DNA of 34,554 nucleotides from Phycisphaerae bacterium (GTDB lineage: Bacteria; Planctomycetota; Phycisphaerae; JAAYCJ01): assembly GCA_012514125.1 (NCBI GenBank), contig JAAZAW010000235.1, positions 1 to 34,554 on the forward strand. The letters run 5' to 3'. Made by a program: the position numbers and the translations under genes. Positions 8,336-16,445 of this stretch are shown one piece after another. Under the pieces are notes generated by a model. The model worked only from the letters and a program-made list of their open reading frames with translations. It did no database searches and was not told the DNA's origin. Within the stretch, counting starts at the first letter, position 1. Every line of letters begins with the position of its first letter.

Positions 8336-9781
8336 ATGACGCCTTTGCCGCCTGATTATTTCGCAGGAAAAAAAATCACCATAATGGGACTGGGCCACTT
8401 CGGCGGCCAGATCGCAGCCATCCGATATCTCCTTCACCAAGGCGCCATCATCACCGTAACCGATATCGCTACAGAAGATAAACTTAAAGATTCTTTAGAA
8501 TTATTAAAGGGACTGGACGTCACCTATCACCTCGGAGGCCACCTGGAATCGGACTTCGTCGACGCCGATATGATCGTCGTAAGCCCCGCGGTACCCAAAG
8601 ATTCCCGATATCTCAAACTCGCCGCGCAAAAAGGTGTGTCCCTGACCTGTGAAATGAACCTGTTTCTCGACCGGTGCCGAGGAAAAGTTGTCGCGGTAAC
8701 CGGCACTGTCGGAAAATCAACCACACTTGGAATGATCGAATCGATCCTCCAAGCTGCCGAGCAAACGGATTTTCCGGCATTGGGGTTGCGTAAGTCCTGG
8801 TGTGGCGGGAATATAGGCAAATCGCTTCTCGAAGTCATCGCCGACATCCAACCCAACGATATTGTCGCCCTGGAACTTTCAAGTTTTCAGCTTGACGACC
8901 TCGCCGAAATCGAATATTCGCCCGACGTCGCACTTTTGACCAATATTTACCCCAATCATCTCGATCGCCATGGAACGCTCGACAATTACATCGACGCCAA
9001 AGCCAATATCACCCGCTTTCAACAGCCGGGCGATTATCTGATTTCCCGTATCGGCGATGAAAATCTGGAAAAAATCTGCGACTTGTGCCCCCCACAGGTC
9101 ACGCAGTGGTATTTCGGCGAAGGCGACGATGCGAACCTGAAAGTTCGCCTGGTCAAACACGGTGAAGGTCACGCCTCCCTGGAATATCGTCCGCGGGAGG
9201 GCGCCGAGTGGGAAAAATTGATCGATGCCTCGGAAATTTACGTTCCCGGCGAACATAATTTATTCAATGCCGCCGGTGCCGCCGGCACCTGCCTGGCTAT
9301 CGGTATTAGCGCCGCCACCGTGGCAAGGGGACTTCAAAATTTCAAAGGACTGCCCGATCGCTTGCAGTTGGTCGGACAGTACGGGCAGGTTCGGTGGTAT
9401 AACGATTCGAAATCGACGACGCCCGAATCCGGGATGGTGGCGTTAAAGTCGTTTGAACCCGGCACAATGATTGCAATTGCAGGGGGTTACGACAAAGGAA
9501 GCGATTTGACCGCCTTTGGTCGCCAACTCGCCGCCTGTTGCCGTATCACCTATTGTCTGGGCCAGACCGGCCCGAATCTCGCAGCGACGATCCACGCGGC
9601 AGGCGGGGCGGTGGAAAATGTCGAGTCGCTGGAAGAAGCCGTCCGCCAAGCCGCTGAAATTGTCCAACCGGGGCAGGTGGTCTTGCTCTCGCCCGGATGC
9701 GCAAGCTGGGATATGTTCGAAAATTATCAACACCGCGGACGAATTTTCACCCAGGCCGTCGAAAAATATGCCCGGAAATGA
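8336..9781 (+). CDS. murD: UDP-N-acetylmuramoyl-L-alanine--D-glutamate ligase
   Basis: VVSPAVP, AVTGTVGKSTT, GGNIG, LELSSFQL, NHLDRH, GEHN, YNDSKST, LLSPGCASWDMFENYQHRG; ATG 8336 with a GGAG RBS. Confidence 0.95.
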   Translation: MTPLPPDYFAGKKITIMGLGHFGGQIAAIRYLLHQGAIITVTDIATEDKLKDSLELLKGLDVTYHLGGHLESDFVDADMIVVSPAVPKDSRYLKLAAQKGVSLTCEMNLFLDRCRGKVVAVTGTVGKSTTLGMIESILQAAEQTDFPALGLRKSWCGGNIGKSLLEVIADIQPNDIVALELSSFQLDDLAEIEYSPDVALLTNIYPNHLDRHGTLDNYIDAKANITRFQQPGDYLISRIGDENLEKICDLCPPQVTQWYFGEGDDANLKVRLVKHGEGHASLEYRPREGAEWEKLIDASEIYVPGEHNLFNAAGAAGTCLAIGISAATVARGLQNFKGLPDRLQLVGQYGQVRWYNDSKSTTPESGMVALKSFEPGTMIAIAGGYDKGSDLTAFGRQLAACCRITYCLGQTGPNLAATIHAAGGAVENVESLEEAVRQAAEIVQPGQVVLLSPGCASWDMFENYQHRGRIFTQAVEKYARK

Positions 9782-9854
9782 ATTGTCATATTATATTACA
9801 ATTAAAGGCGGTTCGGTTTAAGCGATCGCACAATTGTAATATAATATTATAATA
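9781..9854. promoter_or_regulatory. Two tandem 23-bp palindromes, consensus AATTGTAATAT-W-ATATTACAATT
   Basis: 9781-9803 (1 mismatch) and 9832-9854 (2 mismatches), starts 51 bp apart; TATAAT hexamers at 9840, 9848 and 9856. Confidence 0.6.
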
Positions 9855-9862
9855 TTATAATT

Positions 9863-9901
9863 AGGCTGTGGATGATGGAGTTCATCCATAGCCTTTTTTT
9901 T
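9863..9901 (+). terminator. Intrinsic terminator between murD and the FemAB-like gene
   Basis: AGGCTGTGGATGA-TGGAGT-TCATCCATAGCCT followed by a T run. Confidence 0.8.
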
Positions 9902-9912
9902 CAGGAAAATCG

Positions 9913-10947
9913 ATGTCTGTTACGGTTGAGATTCTGAATAACCCCGATCGCGCCTGTGACGCGTTTGTTGCGCGGACCCCCGGCGCGGGGATGGGGTATT
10001 TGTATTCCTGGGGGCAGGCAGTGACGCGCGCGGTGGGTTTGAAAAGTTTTTATCTTGTTGCGGTAGATGAAGATAGGGAAGTTTGCGGCGTCTTGCCGTT
10101 GTCGCAAACGCGCAGCAGGTTTTTCGGGAATCGGCTGATTTCGCAGGCGTTTTCCATGTATGGCGGTATTCTGGCGGATAGCGTCGAGGTTCGGGATTCG
10201 CTTTTCCGCCGCGCGGTCGAACTGGCCTGCGACCTTTGCTGCGAGTCCATCGAGTTTCGAGGTGTCTCTCCTTTGCCTTATGATTTGCATTTGCGGACAG
10301 GCAAGGTCTGTATGCACTTGCCGCTGGCGGGCGATCCGGGGGAGATGTGGGATTCGTTCGATTGTAAAGTCCGAAATCAGGTTCGCAAGGCGGAAAAATC
10401 CGATTTGACGGCATGTAAGGGTGGGGTGGAATTGCTCGATGATTTTTACAGGATATATGCCATTCGAATGCATCAGTTGGGCACTCCGTGTTATTCACGT
10501 CGTTTGATGCGAACGCTGCTGGAAACTTTTCCTGACGGCTGTGGTATTTTTGCCGTTGGGCGGGATGGGCATATTATCGGGGCGGGGTTTGTTACGTGGT
10601 GGAATGGGTTTGTGGAGATTCCCTGGGCGGCGTCGCTTGTGGAATACAACAGATTTTGTCCTAATCACCTTTTGTATTGGTCGGTGATCAGGCATTTTTG
10701 TCTGGGGGGGGCGAAATGTTTTGATTTTGGACGCTGCACGATCGATGGGCCGACGTATCGTTTTAAAAAGCAGTGGGGGGCGACACCTGTGGGGCTTAAC
10801 TATCAATATTGGGTTCGTCCGGGTTGTGAATTTTCGCCGGTTGTTCCGGATAATCCCAGGTATCGGCGGAAAGTTGAGCTGTGGAAAAGATTGCCTTTGT
10901 GGGTGACTCGACTGGCGGGGCCTGTTGTTAGTAAGTATTTGGGGTAG
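9913..10947 (+). CDS. FemAB-like GNAT protein (type usually annotated as XrtA/PEP-CTERM-associated)
   Basis: GVLPL..SRFFGNRLIS..YGG, KVRNQVRKAEK, FYRIYAIRMHQLGTP, PNHLLYW, FDFGR, YRFKKQWGA, NPRYR..VELWKRLP. Confidence 0.85.
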   Translation: MSVTVEILNNPDRACDAFVARTPGAGMGYLYSWGQAVTRAVGLKSFYLVAVDEDREVCGVLPLSQTRSRFFGNRLISQAFSMYGGILADSVEVRDSLFRRAVELACDLCCESIEFRGVSPLPYDLHLRTGKVCMHLPLAGDPGEMWDSFDCKVRNQVRKAEKSDLTACKGGVELLDDFYRIYAIRMHQLGTPCYSRRLMRTLLETFPDGCGIFAVGRDGHIIGAGFVTWWNGFVEIPWAASLVEYNRFCPNHLLYWSVIRHFCLGGAKCFDFGRCTIDGPTYRFKKQWGATPVGLNYQYWVRPGCEFSPVVPDNPRYRRKVELWKRLPLWVTRLAGPVVSKYLG

Positions 10948-10956
10948 ACGGGGAAA

Positions 10957-10984
10957 GGGCTACCGGCTGCGGGCTGCGGGGAAG
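10957..10984 (-). repeat. Heptamer array (CCCGCAG-like) x3 attached to a family B element
   Basis: Reverse complement cttccccgcagcccgcagccggtagccc; inverted copy of 4947-4974. Confidence 0.75.
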
Positions 10985-10987
10985 AGG

Positions 10988-11045
10988 GAAGAGGATTGTT
11001 CAACGGCTTGAGCCGTTTCTGGATTCCCGCTTTCGCGGGGATGAC
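10988..11045 (-). repeat. REP-like family B element, best-conserved copy
   Basis: Reverse complement GTCATCCCCGCGAAAGCGGGAATCCAG-AAACGGCTCAAGCCGTTGAACAATCCTCTTC. Confidence 0.9.
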
Positions 11046-11079
11046 CGCGGGGATGCCTTTCACGCGGCGGTTTTCAACT

Positions 11080-11105
11080 TGGATTTCCGTTTTTGCGGGA
11101 ATGGC
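11080..11105 (-). repeat. REP-like family B hairpin, degenerate core only
   Basis: tggatttccgtttttgcgggaatggc; 22/26 to the consensus tggattcccgctttcgcgggaatgac. Confidence 0.75.
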
Positions 11106-11197
11106 TGGCTTGGGGGCTGAGATTTTGGTGGATATATTTTAATTTATGAGGTAATTTACTTTATTTTCAGTTTTTAATTTTTATTTGGATATGGGTG

Positions 11198-12658
11198 ATG
11201 AGCTTAATATTGACGTTGGATGCCGGGACTACTTCTGTGAAAGGGGCCCTGTTCGACCTTGGCGGCGAGATTTTGTGCTCGCGAGTTTATGAATACGATT
11301 TGGAAAAACCGGCACCGGATATTATCGAACTTGATCCGGAAGTTTATTGGAATGCGGCTACCGGTGTTATTGCGGATATTCTGTCGGAGACGGGTGTTTC
11401 TCCGAAGGATATCACGGCGCTCGGGGTGACCAGTCAGGGTGAAACATTGATCGTTCTTGATCAATACGGCAAGCCACTTCGGAAAGCGATTGTCTGGCTG
11501 GATAACCGGGCGAAAGATGAAGCGGAGGTGATACGAAAGGCATTGGGGCGAGAACAGGTTTATCAGGTGACGGGGCAGCAGGATATTGTTCCCGGTTGGC
11601 CTGCGTCGAAAATTCTCTGGTTGAGGGAGCATGAACCGGAGGTGTTCGGTGCCGCTGCGAAGTTTTTGATGGTGGAAGATTATCTTATTTTTCGTTTGAC
11701 GGGGAAATTTGCCACGGATCATGCGATGAATCCGTCAACGCTTTATTATGATTTGCGTAACGGCTGTTGGTGGGAGGAAATGTTGGATTTTATTGGAATT
11801 TCTTCCCGACAATTGCCGACGTTACTGAATTCCGGCGATGTTGTTGGAAATGTGGCGGTGGATATTGGGTTGAGTTCTCAGACGCGGGTTACTGTGGCGC
11901 CGATCGATCAGATTGCGGCGGCAGTGGGCGCGGGGAATATATCGCCGGGGATGGTGACGGAAACGACGGGTTGTGCTTTGGCGGTGTGCGCGACGGTGGA
12001 GCGTCCTGTTTATGATCCGGGGATGAGCATCGGACTTTATCGGCATGCGCTGCCGGGGATGTTTGTTCTGCTGCCCTGGATCCCGACGGCGGGGATGGTA
12101 TTGCGATGGTTTCGGGATGAATTCGGCGGGGGTGTGGATTATTCGGCGCTGGTTGAGGCGGCGGGTGAAATTCCGCCTGGGAGTGAAGGGTTGATTTTAT
12201 TGCCGCATTTTTGCGGGATGAATTCGCCTCAGATTAATCCGGAAGCGAAAGGTGTTTTTTACGGGATTACCGCTTCGCATCGCAAGGAGCATTTTGTGCG
12301 TGCGATTCTTGAGTCGGTGGCTTTGGCGATGCGTGACAATCTGGAGGTGTTATCGAGATCGGCGATTGATTGTCGCGAGGTTGTTTCGCTTGGCGGAGCC
12401 GCTCGGAGCGAAGTTTGGCTTCAGATCAAGGCGGATGTGCTTCAAAAGCCGATTAAGACGATGCGTTGCGAAGAGACGACGAGTTTAGGGACGGCTGTGC
12501 TGGCTGCGGTGGGGACGGGGGCGTTTGCGAGTGTGAGGGAGGCGGTAGAGTCGATGGTGCATTCGTCGAGTACGGTGGTTCCGCAGGCGAGCAATGGAGA
12601 AGTTTATGATAGAGTTTTTCGTCATTATCGGGATTTGAATACGAAGCTGTTTTTATGA
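11198..12658 (+). CDS. FGGY-family carbohydrate kinase (xylulokinase-like)
   Basis: LDAGTTSVK, TSQGET, AIVWLDNRA, KILWLREHEPE, DQIAAAVGAG, RAILESVA, GGAARSEVWLQIKADV. Confidence 0.92.
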   Translation: MSLILTLDAGTTSVKGALFDLGGEILCSRVYEYDLEKPAPDIIELDPEVYWNAATGVIADILSETGVSPKDITALGVTSQGETLIVLDQYGKPLRKAIVWLDNRAKDEAEVIRKALGREQVYQVTGQQDIVPGWPASKILWLREHEPEVFGAAAKFLMVEDYLIFRLTGKFATDHAMNPSTLYYDLRNGCWWEEMLDFIGISSRQLPTLLNSGDVVGNVAVDIGLSSQTRVTVAPIDQIAAAVGAGNISPGMVTETTGCALAVCATVERPVYDPGMSIGLYRHALPGMFVLLPWIPTAGMVLRWFRDEFGGGVDYSALVEAAGEIPPGSEGLILLPHFCGMNSPQINPEAKGVFYGITASHRKEHFVRAILESVALAMRDNLEVLSRSAIDCREVVSLGGAARSEVWLQIKADVLQKPIKTMRCEETTSLGTAVLAAVGTGAFASVREAVESMVHSSSTVVPQASNGEVYDRVFRHYRDLNTKLFL

Positions 12659-12703
12659 TTTTGATGGAGGCGTGTTGTTGAGGCGTGGGGAGGGAAGAAG
12701 GGG

Positions 12704-12751
12704 GAAGGTGTGAAGGTGTGAAGGTGCGAAGGTGTGAAGGTGCGAAGGTTT
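12704..12751 (+). repeat. Octamer tandem array (GAAGGTGY) x6
   Basis: gaaggtgt gaaggtgt gaaggtgc gaaggtgt gaaggtgc gaaggttt, 7 bp from a family A hairpin. Confidence 0.9.
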
Positions 12752-12758
12752 GGAGAAA

Positions 12759-12783
12759 GTCGCTTCGACAGGCTCAGCGACCG
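12759..12783. repeat. REP-like hairpin, family A
   Basis: GTCGCT-TCGACAGGCTC-AGCGAC; identical to positions 1-23 over 23 bp. Confidence 0.85.
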
Positions 12784-12893
12784 CAGTTGGGCTTTAGGTT
12801 TTGGCAGAGAATGCGAGTTTTTTTGTACTGTGACGTTATTAACGCAGAAGCGTGTGTGTGAAAGTTATTTGGCAGGAAAGTGGAGGTGACATT

Positions 12894-14258
12894 ATGAACG
12901 GCATCAGAAAAGTCAGGGCAGGATTTGTTGGATTCGGGGAAGTTAATACGCCCAGGGAATTTATTACGAAGCGCTGTGACGCTGCCGCCAAGTTACTGGA
13001 GGAGGCGGGGTTGGAATTGAGCGTTGCTTCGCCGGTTTGTGACGATGCGCAAGGTCGAGAGGCGGCTCGCGCGGTGGTGGAACTTTCCGGGAAAGATTTT
13101 GATGTGTTAATTATCTGCATTGCCGGATGGATTCCATCGTGGGCGGTGCTGAGCGTTATTGAACCGTTTAAGAATAAGCCGATGATTTTATGGGGACTTA
13201 GCGGATGGCAGGAGGGAGATCGATTTGTGACCACTGCCGACCAGGCGGGAACGACCGCTTTACGAAAACCGATGGCGGATATGGGGTATATCTTCAAATA
13301 TGTTGTGACGTATCGTGGGCAACAGCCGCCGATTAATGACATTTTGACTTATGCCCAGGCTGCGCGTGCGGTATCGTTGCTCAGGACCGCGAAGATCGGC
13401 ATGGCGGGTTATCGCGACATGCGGCTGTTTGGAACTTTGTACGATGGAGTTTCTCTGAAGGGGAAAATCGGTCCTGAGATCGAGCATTTTGAGTTGCTGG
13501 AAATTGTGAACATGATGGAAAAGGTCGATGAAAAAGAAGTGGAGAAACTTGCCGCTTTGCTGAAGAATCGATGGAAATTTGTTCGGGATCCTCGGCCTGG
13601 GACGGTTGAAAATTCCGTGCGATTGTTCCTTGCCTTCAAAGCCAAAATTGAAGATCGCGGGTATCAGGGATTTTCGTATAATGACGTGGACGGCGTTAAA
13701 AAACTATTGAAATTTGCTCCTGCCGGCAGTTTGACGTTACTGCATGACGAACTGGATGTTTGTTCTGTGCCGGAGAACGACAGTTTGGGGGCTGTGACTC
13801 AGCTTATTGTCAAATATCTTACCGGTCAGGTGGGGGCCTATCTTGAATTTTATGAATTTTTATCAGAAGGCGCGTTGATGGGGGTGCCGGATTATGTACC
13901 TGCGGAAATTGTTGACGGGAGTGTGACCGTGATGCCTAACGCCTTTGGCGATTTTGGCGAAGGGTTGCTGAACGTTTCGAAATTGAAAACCGGAAGGGTT
14001 ACGTTGTGTCGCCTGGGGTATTTTGGGAATGAATATACCCTGCATGTTGTGACGGGCATTGGCCGAACTCCATTGAAATGGGAAGAAGCCGGCTGGGCGC
14101 CGCCTGCGCCGCAACTGCCGAGTTTGGAGATTGTGTTCGATACTCCGGTTGAGGATTATGTTCAGAATGTCATGTCTCAGCATTACATTATTTCTTATGG
14201 TGATAATCGCGAACATTTAAAAGCGCTCTGTTCGATGGTTGGAATTCGATATTTGTGA
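12894..14258 (+). CDS. L-fucose/L-arabinose isomerase-family protein
   Basis: Overall FucI-like layout, PENDSLGA (E-x-D metal-ligand-like), GRVTLCRL, C-terminal QHYIISYGD; GGAGGTG RBS before ATG 12894; next to an FGGY kinase. Confidence 0.75.
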   Translation: MNGIRKVRAGFVGFGEVNTPREFITKRCDAAAKLLEEAGLELSVASPVCDDAQGREAARAVVELSGKDFDVLIICIAGWIPSWAVLSVIEPFKNKPMILWGLSGWQEGDRFVTTADQAGTTALRKPMADMGYIFKYVVTYRGQQPPINDILTYAQAARAVSLLRTAKIGMAGYRDMRLFGTLYDGVSLKGKIGPEIEHFELLEIVNMMEKVDEKEVEKLAALLKNRWKFVRDPRPGTVENSVRLFLAFKAKIEDRGYQGFSYNDVDGVKKLLKFAPAGSLTLLHDELDVCSVPENDSLGAVTQLIVKYLTGQVGAYLEFYEFLSEGALMGVPDYVPAEIVDGSVTVMPNAFGDFGEGLLNVSKLKTGRVTLCRLGYFGNEYTLHVVTGIGRTPLKWEEAGWAPPAPQLPSLEIVFDTPVEDYVQNVMSQHYIISYGDNREHLKALCSMVGIRYL

Positions 14259-14269
14259 TCGGGAAGGTT

Positions 14270-15313
14270 TCAGATGATCAGCATGGCGTCGCCGTAGCTG
14301 TAGAATCGATATCGTTTTGCAATGGCGTGGTGGTAGGCGTGTTGCGTGAGCTCTTTTCCCGCCAGGGCGTAAATCATCGCGAGCAGCGTGGTTCTGGGCA
14401 GATGAAAATTGGTCACCAGACGATCAACGACCTTGAAGCGATAGGGTGGATAGATGAAGATTTGCGTCCAGCCCCGGCCTGGGGTGACGATTCCGTCTTC
14501 GTTTGCCAGGGTTTCGAGCACTCGGACACTGGTTGTGCCGATCGCGACGATTTTTTTGCCTGTTGATTTCGCGTTGTTGATGGTTTCGGCGGTTGCCTGA
14601 TCGAGATGATACCACTCGCTGTGCATTGGATGATCTCGAAGGTCTGCTACGGTTACAGGCTCGAACGTTCCCATGCCGACGTGGAGGGTTACGCTGACGG
14701 TTTTTACTCCTTTGTCGGTTATTTTTTTCAGAAGCTCGGGAGTAAAATGAAGTCCTGCCGTTGGTGCGGCCACTGCACCGGGTGTGTCGCTGAAGATGGT
14801 CTGATATCGTTTTGCGTCCACCTGTTCCAAAGCGTCATTTGTTTTCGGGCGGCGAATGTAAGGCGGCAGGGGGATGCGGCCGAAACGCTGCAAAAATTCC
14901 ACTGGATCGACCGCGGGTGATACGTGCATTTCGACGGTTTTTTCGCTGATTCGTTTTTGGAAAATAAACTTGGTGTCGCTGTTTTCTATTTGTAATTCAA
15001 CGCCCGGTTTGAGTCTGGCCAGGCCTTTGATCATCATTTCCCATCGTCCGGGTTCCATTTCTCGCAAAAATAATCCTTCGACCTTGCCGCCGGTGGATTT
15101 GTGGAAAAAGATTCGGGCGGGCAGCACCTGCGTATTGTTCGTTACCAGCACATCGCCGGGCGAGAGGTATTCGGGCAGATCGTAAAAATGCCGATCGAAC
15201 AATTCGTCCGTGTTGCGATTGATGACGAGCAGTTTGGAGTGATCTCTGGGCTCGATTGCCTGCTGGGCGATCAGTTCTTCCGGTAATACGTAATCGAGTT
15301 CTTCAGTCCGCAT
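14270..15313 (-). CDS. queA: S-adenosylmethionine:tRNA ribosyltransferase-isomerase
   Basis: LPEELIAQ, IPLPPYI, YQTIF, GAVAAPTAGLHFT, TLHVGMGTF, GTTSVRVLE, TNFHLPRTTL, YRFYSYGDAM. Confidence 0.98.
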   Translation of the reverse strand: MRTEELDYVLPEELIAQQAIEPRDHSKLLVINRNTDELFDRHFYDLPEYLSPGDVLVTNNTQVLPARIFFHKSTGGKVEGLFLREMEPGRWEMMIKGLARLKPGVELQIENSDTKFIFQKRISEKTVEMHVSPAVDPVEFLQRFGRIPLPPYIRRPKTNDALEQVDAKRYQTIFSDTPGAVAAPTAGLHFTPELLKKITDKGVKTVSVTLHVGMGTFEPVTVADLRDHPMHSEWYHLDQATAETINNAKSTGKKIVAIGTTSVRVLETLANEDGIVTPGRGWTQIFIYPPYRFKVVDRLVTNFHLPRTTLLAMIYALAGKELTQHAYHHAIAKRYRFYSYGDAMLII

Positions 15314-15325
15314 GATTTTCGGTTT

Positions 15326-16144
15326 CTAATCGATCAATGTTATCACTTTCATCCACAACAATATTGCGAACACTGCGGCGAAGACAAGGCGATAATATGC
15401 GAAGGGTTTGAGTGTCCACTTTCCGAGCAATTTGATAAAGGTTTTGATCGCGATGACGGCCACGATGAAGGAGACGACAAATCCTACGGCGAATACGGGG
15501 ATATCGTTTGCGGACAGGGCGTTTCGCGATTCGTACAGGTCTTTGGCGGTCGCAGCGAACATGATCGGCACCGCGGCCAGGAAGGAATATTCCGCGGCGA
15601 TAGTTCGGTCGAGTTTGCTGAACATTCCGCCGACGATGGTCGATGCCGCTCTGCTCATTCCCGGCCAGAGGCTGATGCACTGGAAGAGTCCGACGGAAAG
15701 GGCGTGTCGCCAGTTAAGGTCATCGAGCGATTTGACTTTTGGGGTGGGTCTGAATTTTTCTGCGAGTAAAATGCCGATTGCGCCCAGGGCTAGTGCGATG
15801 ACTACAGGAATGGGGTGAAAGAGATATTCCTTCATGGGTTTGTAGACCAGCACACCGGCAATCGCGGCGGGCAGGGAGGTCAGGAACAACAGCCACCATC
15901 CTCGCAGGCCATAAAATCCTTTGGTTTGCCGGAAATTGAACAATCCTTTGAATCGGCTCCAGTACAGGAACACCACCGAAAGGATGGCTCCGAGTTGGAT
16001 TACCACTTCGAAACATTTGGCTGTTTGGCCCGTGAATTTCAACAAATTTCCGACGATAATCAGATGTCCTGTGGAGGAAACCGGTACAAATTCTGTTAAT
16101 CCTTCCACAACGCCTAAAATCGCGGCGATTATAATTTCCCGCAT
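15326..16144 (-). CDS. uppP: Undecaprenyl-diphosphatase (BacA)
   Basis: LGVVEGLTEFVPVSSTGH, IQLGAIL, PGMSRAASTI, AAEYSF, FAYYR. Confidence 0.97.
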   Translation of the reverse strand: MREIIIAAILGVVEGLTEFVPVSSTGHLIIVGNLLKFTGQTAKCFEVVIQLGAILSVVFLYWSRFKGLFNFRQTKGFYGLRGWWLLFLTSLPAAIAGVLVYKPMKEYLFHPIPVVIALALGAIGILLAEKFRPTPKVKSLDDLNWRHALSVGLFQCISLWPGMSRAASTIVGGMFSKLDRTIAAEYSFLAAVPIMFAATAKDLYESRNALSANDIPVFAVGFVVSFIVAVIAIKTFIKLLGKWTLKPFAYYRLVFAAVFAILLWMKVITLID

Positions 16145-16445
16145 CGAAATACGCTCCCTTTCAACAAGGCTATGAAAATAACAGTCTCCAACATAATGAT
16201 AAAGTCGTTGTCTTTCAATTCATTTCGACGGGGACCGCTCAAGTTTTTCGATTTTTCGCGGTGTAATTGCGTGAAGGGGGAGGGCCTGGTGCGATTGAGC
16301 CTGCGTGGGGATCGATTGTACAAAGGGCAGGATTGATTGAATATTCTGTCAGCCTGCTTGAAACCTGTCGGCGGAGTGATACGATACATGCGAAGAATAG
16401 TGTGTCTTGGTTCACTGGTTCCGCTTGTTAGACAGGAGAAAAACA

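Noticed and set aside
9868-9925. GATGATGGAGTTCATC resembles the fluoride riboswitch P1/loop (GGnGATGGnGTTCnCC)
   Set aside because: The downstream AACCGC and GATGACTCCT pseudoknot partner are missing, the stem extends into a plain terminator, and the downstream gene is not fluoride-related.
12704-12783. Tandem arrays here and at 25925 and 26237 as possible CRISPR
   Set aside because: Units are 7-12 bp with no unique spacers, and there are no cas genes.
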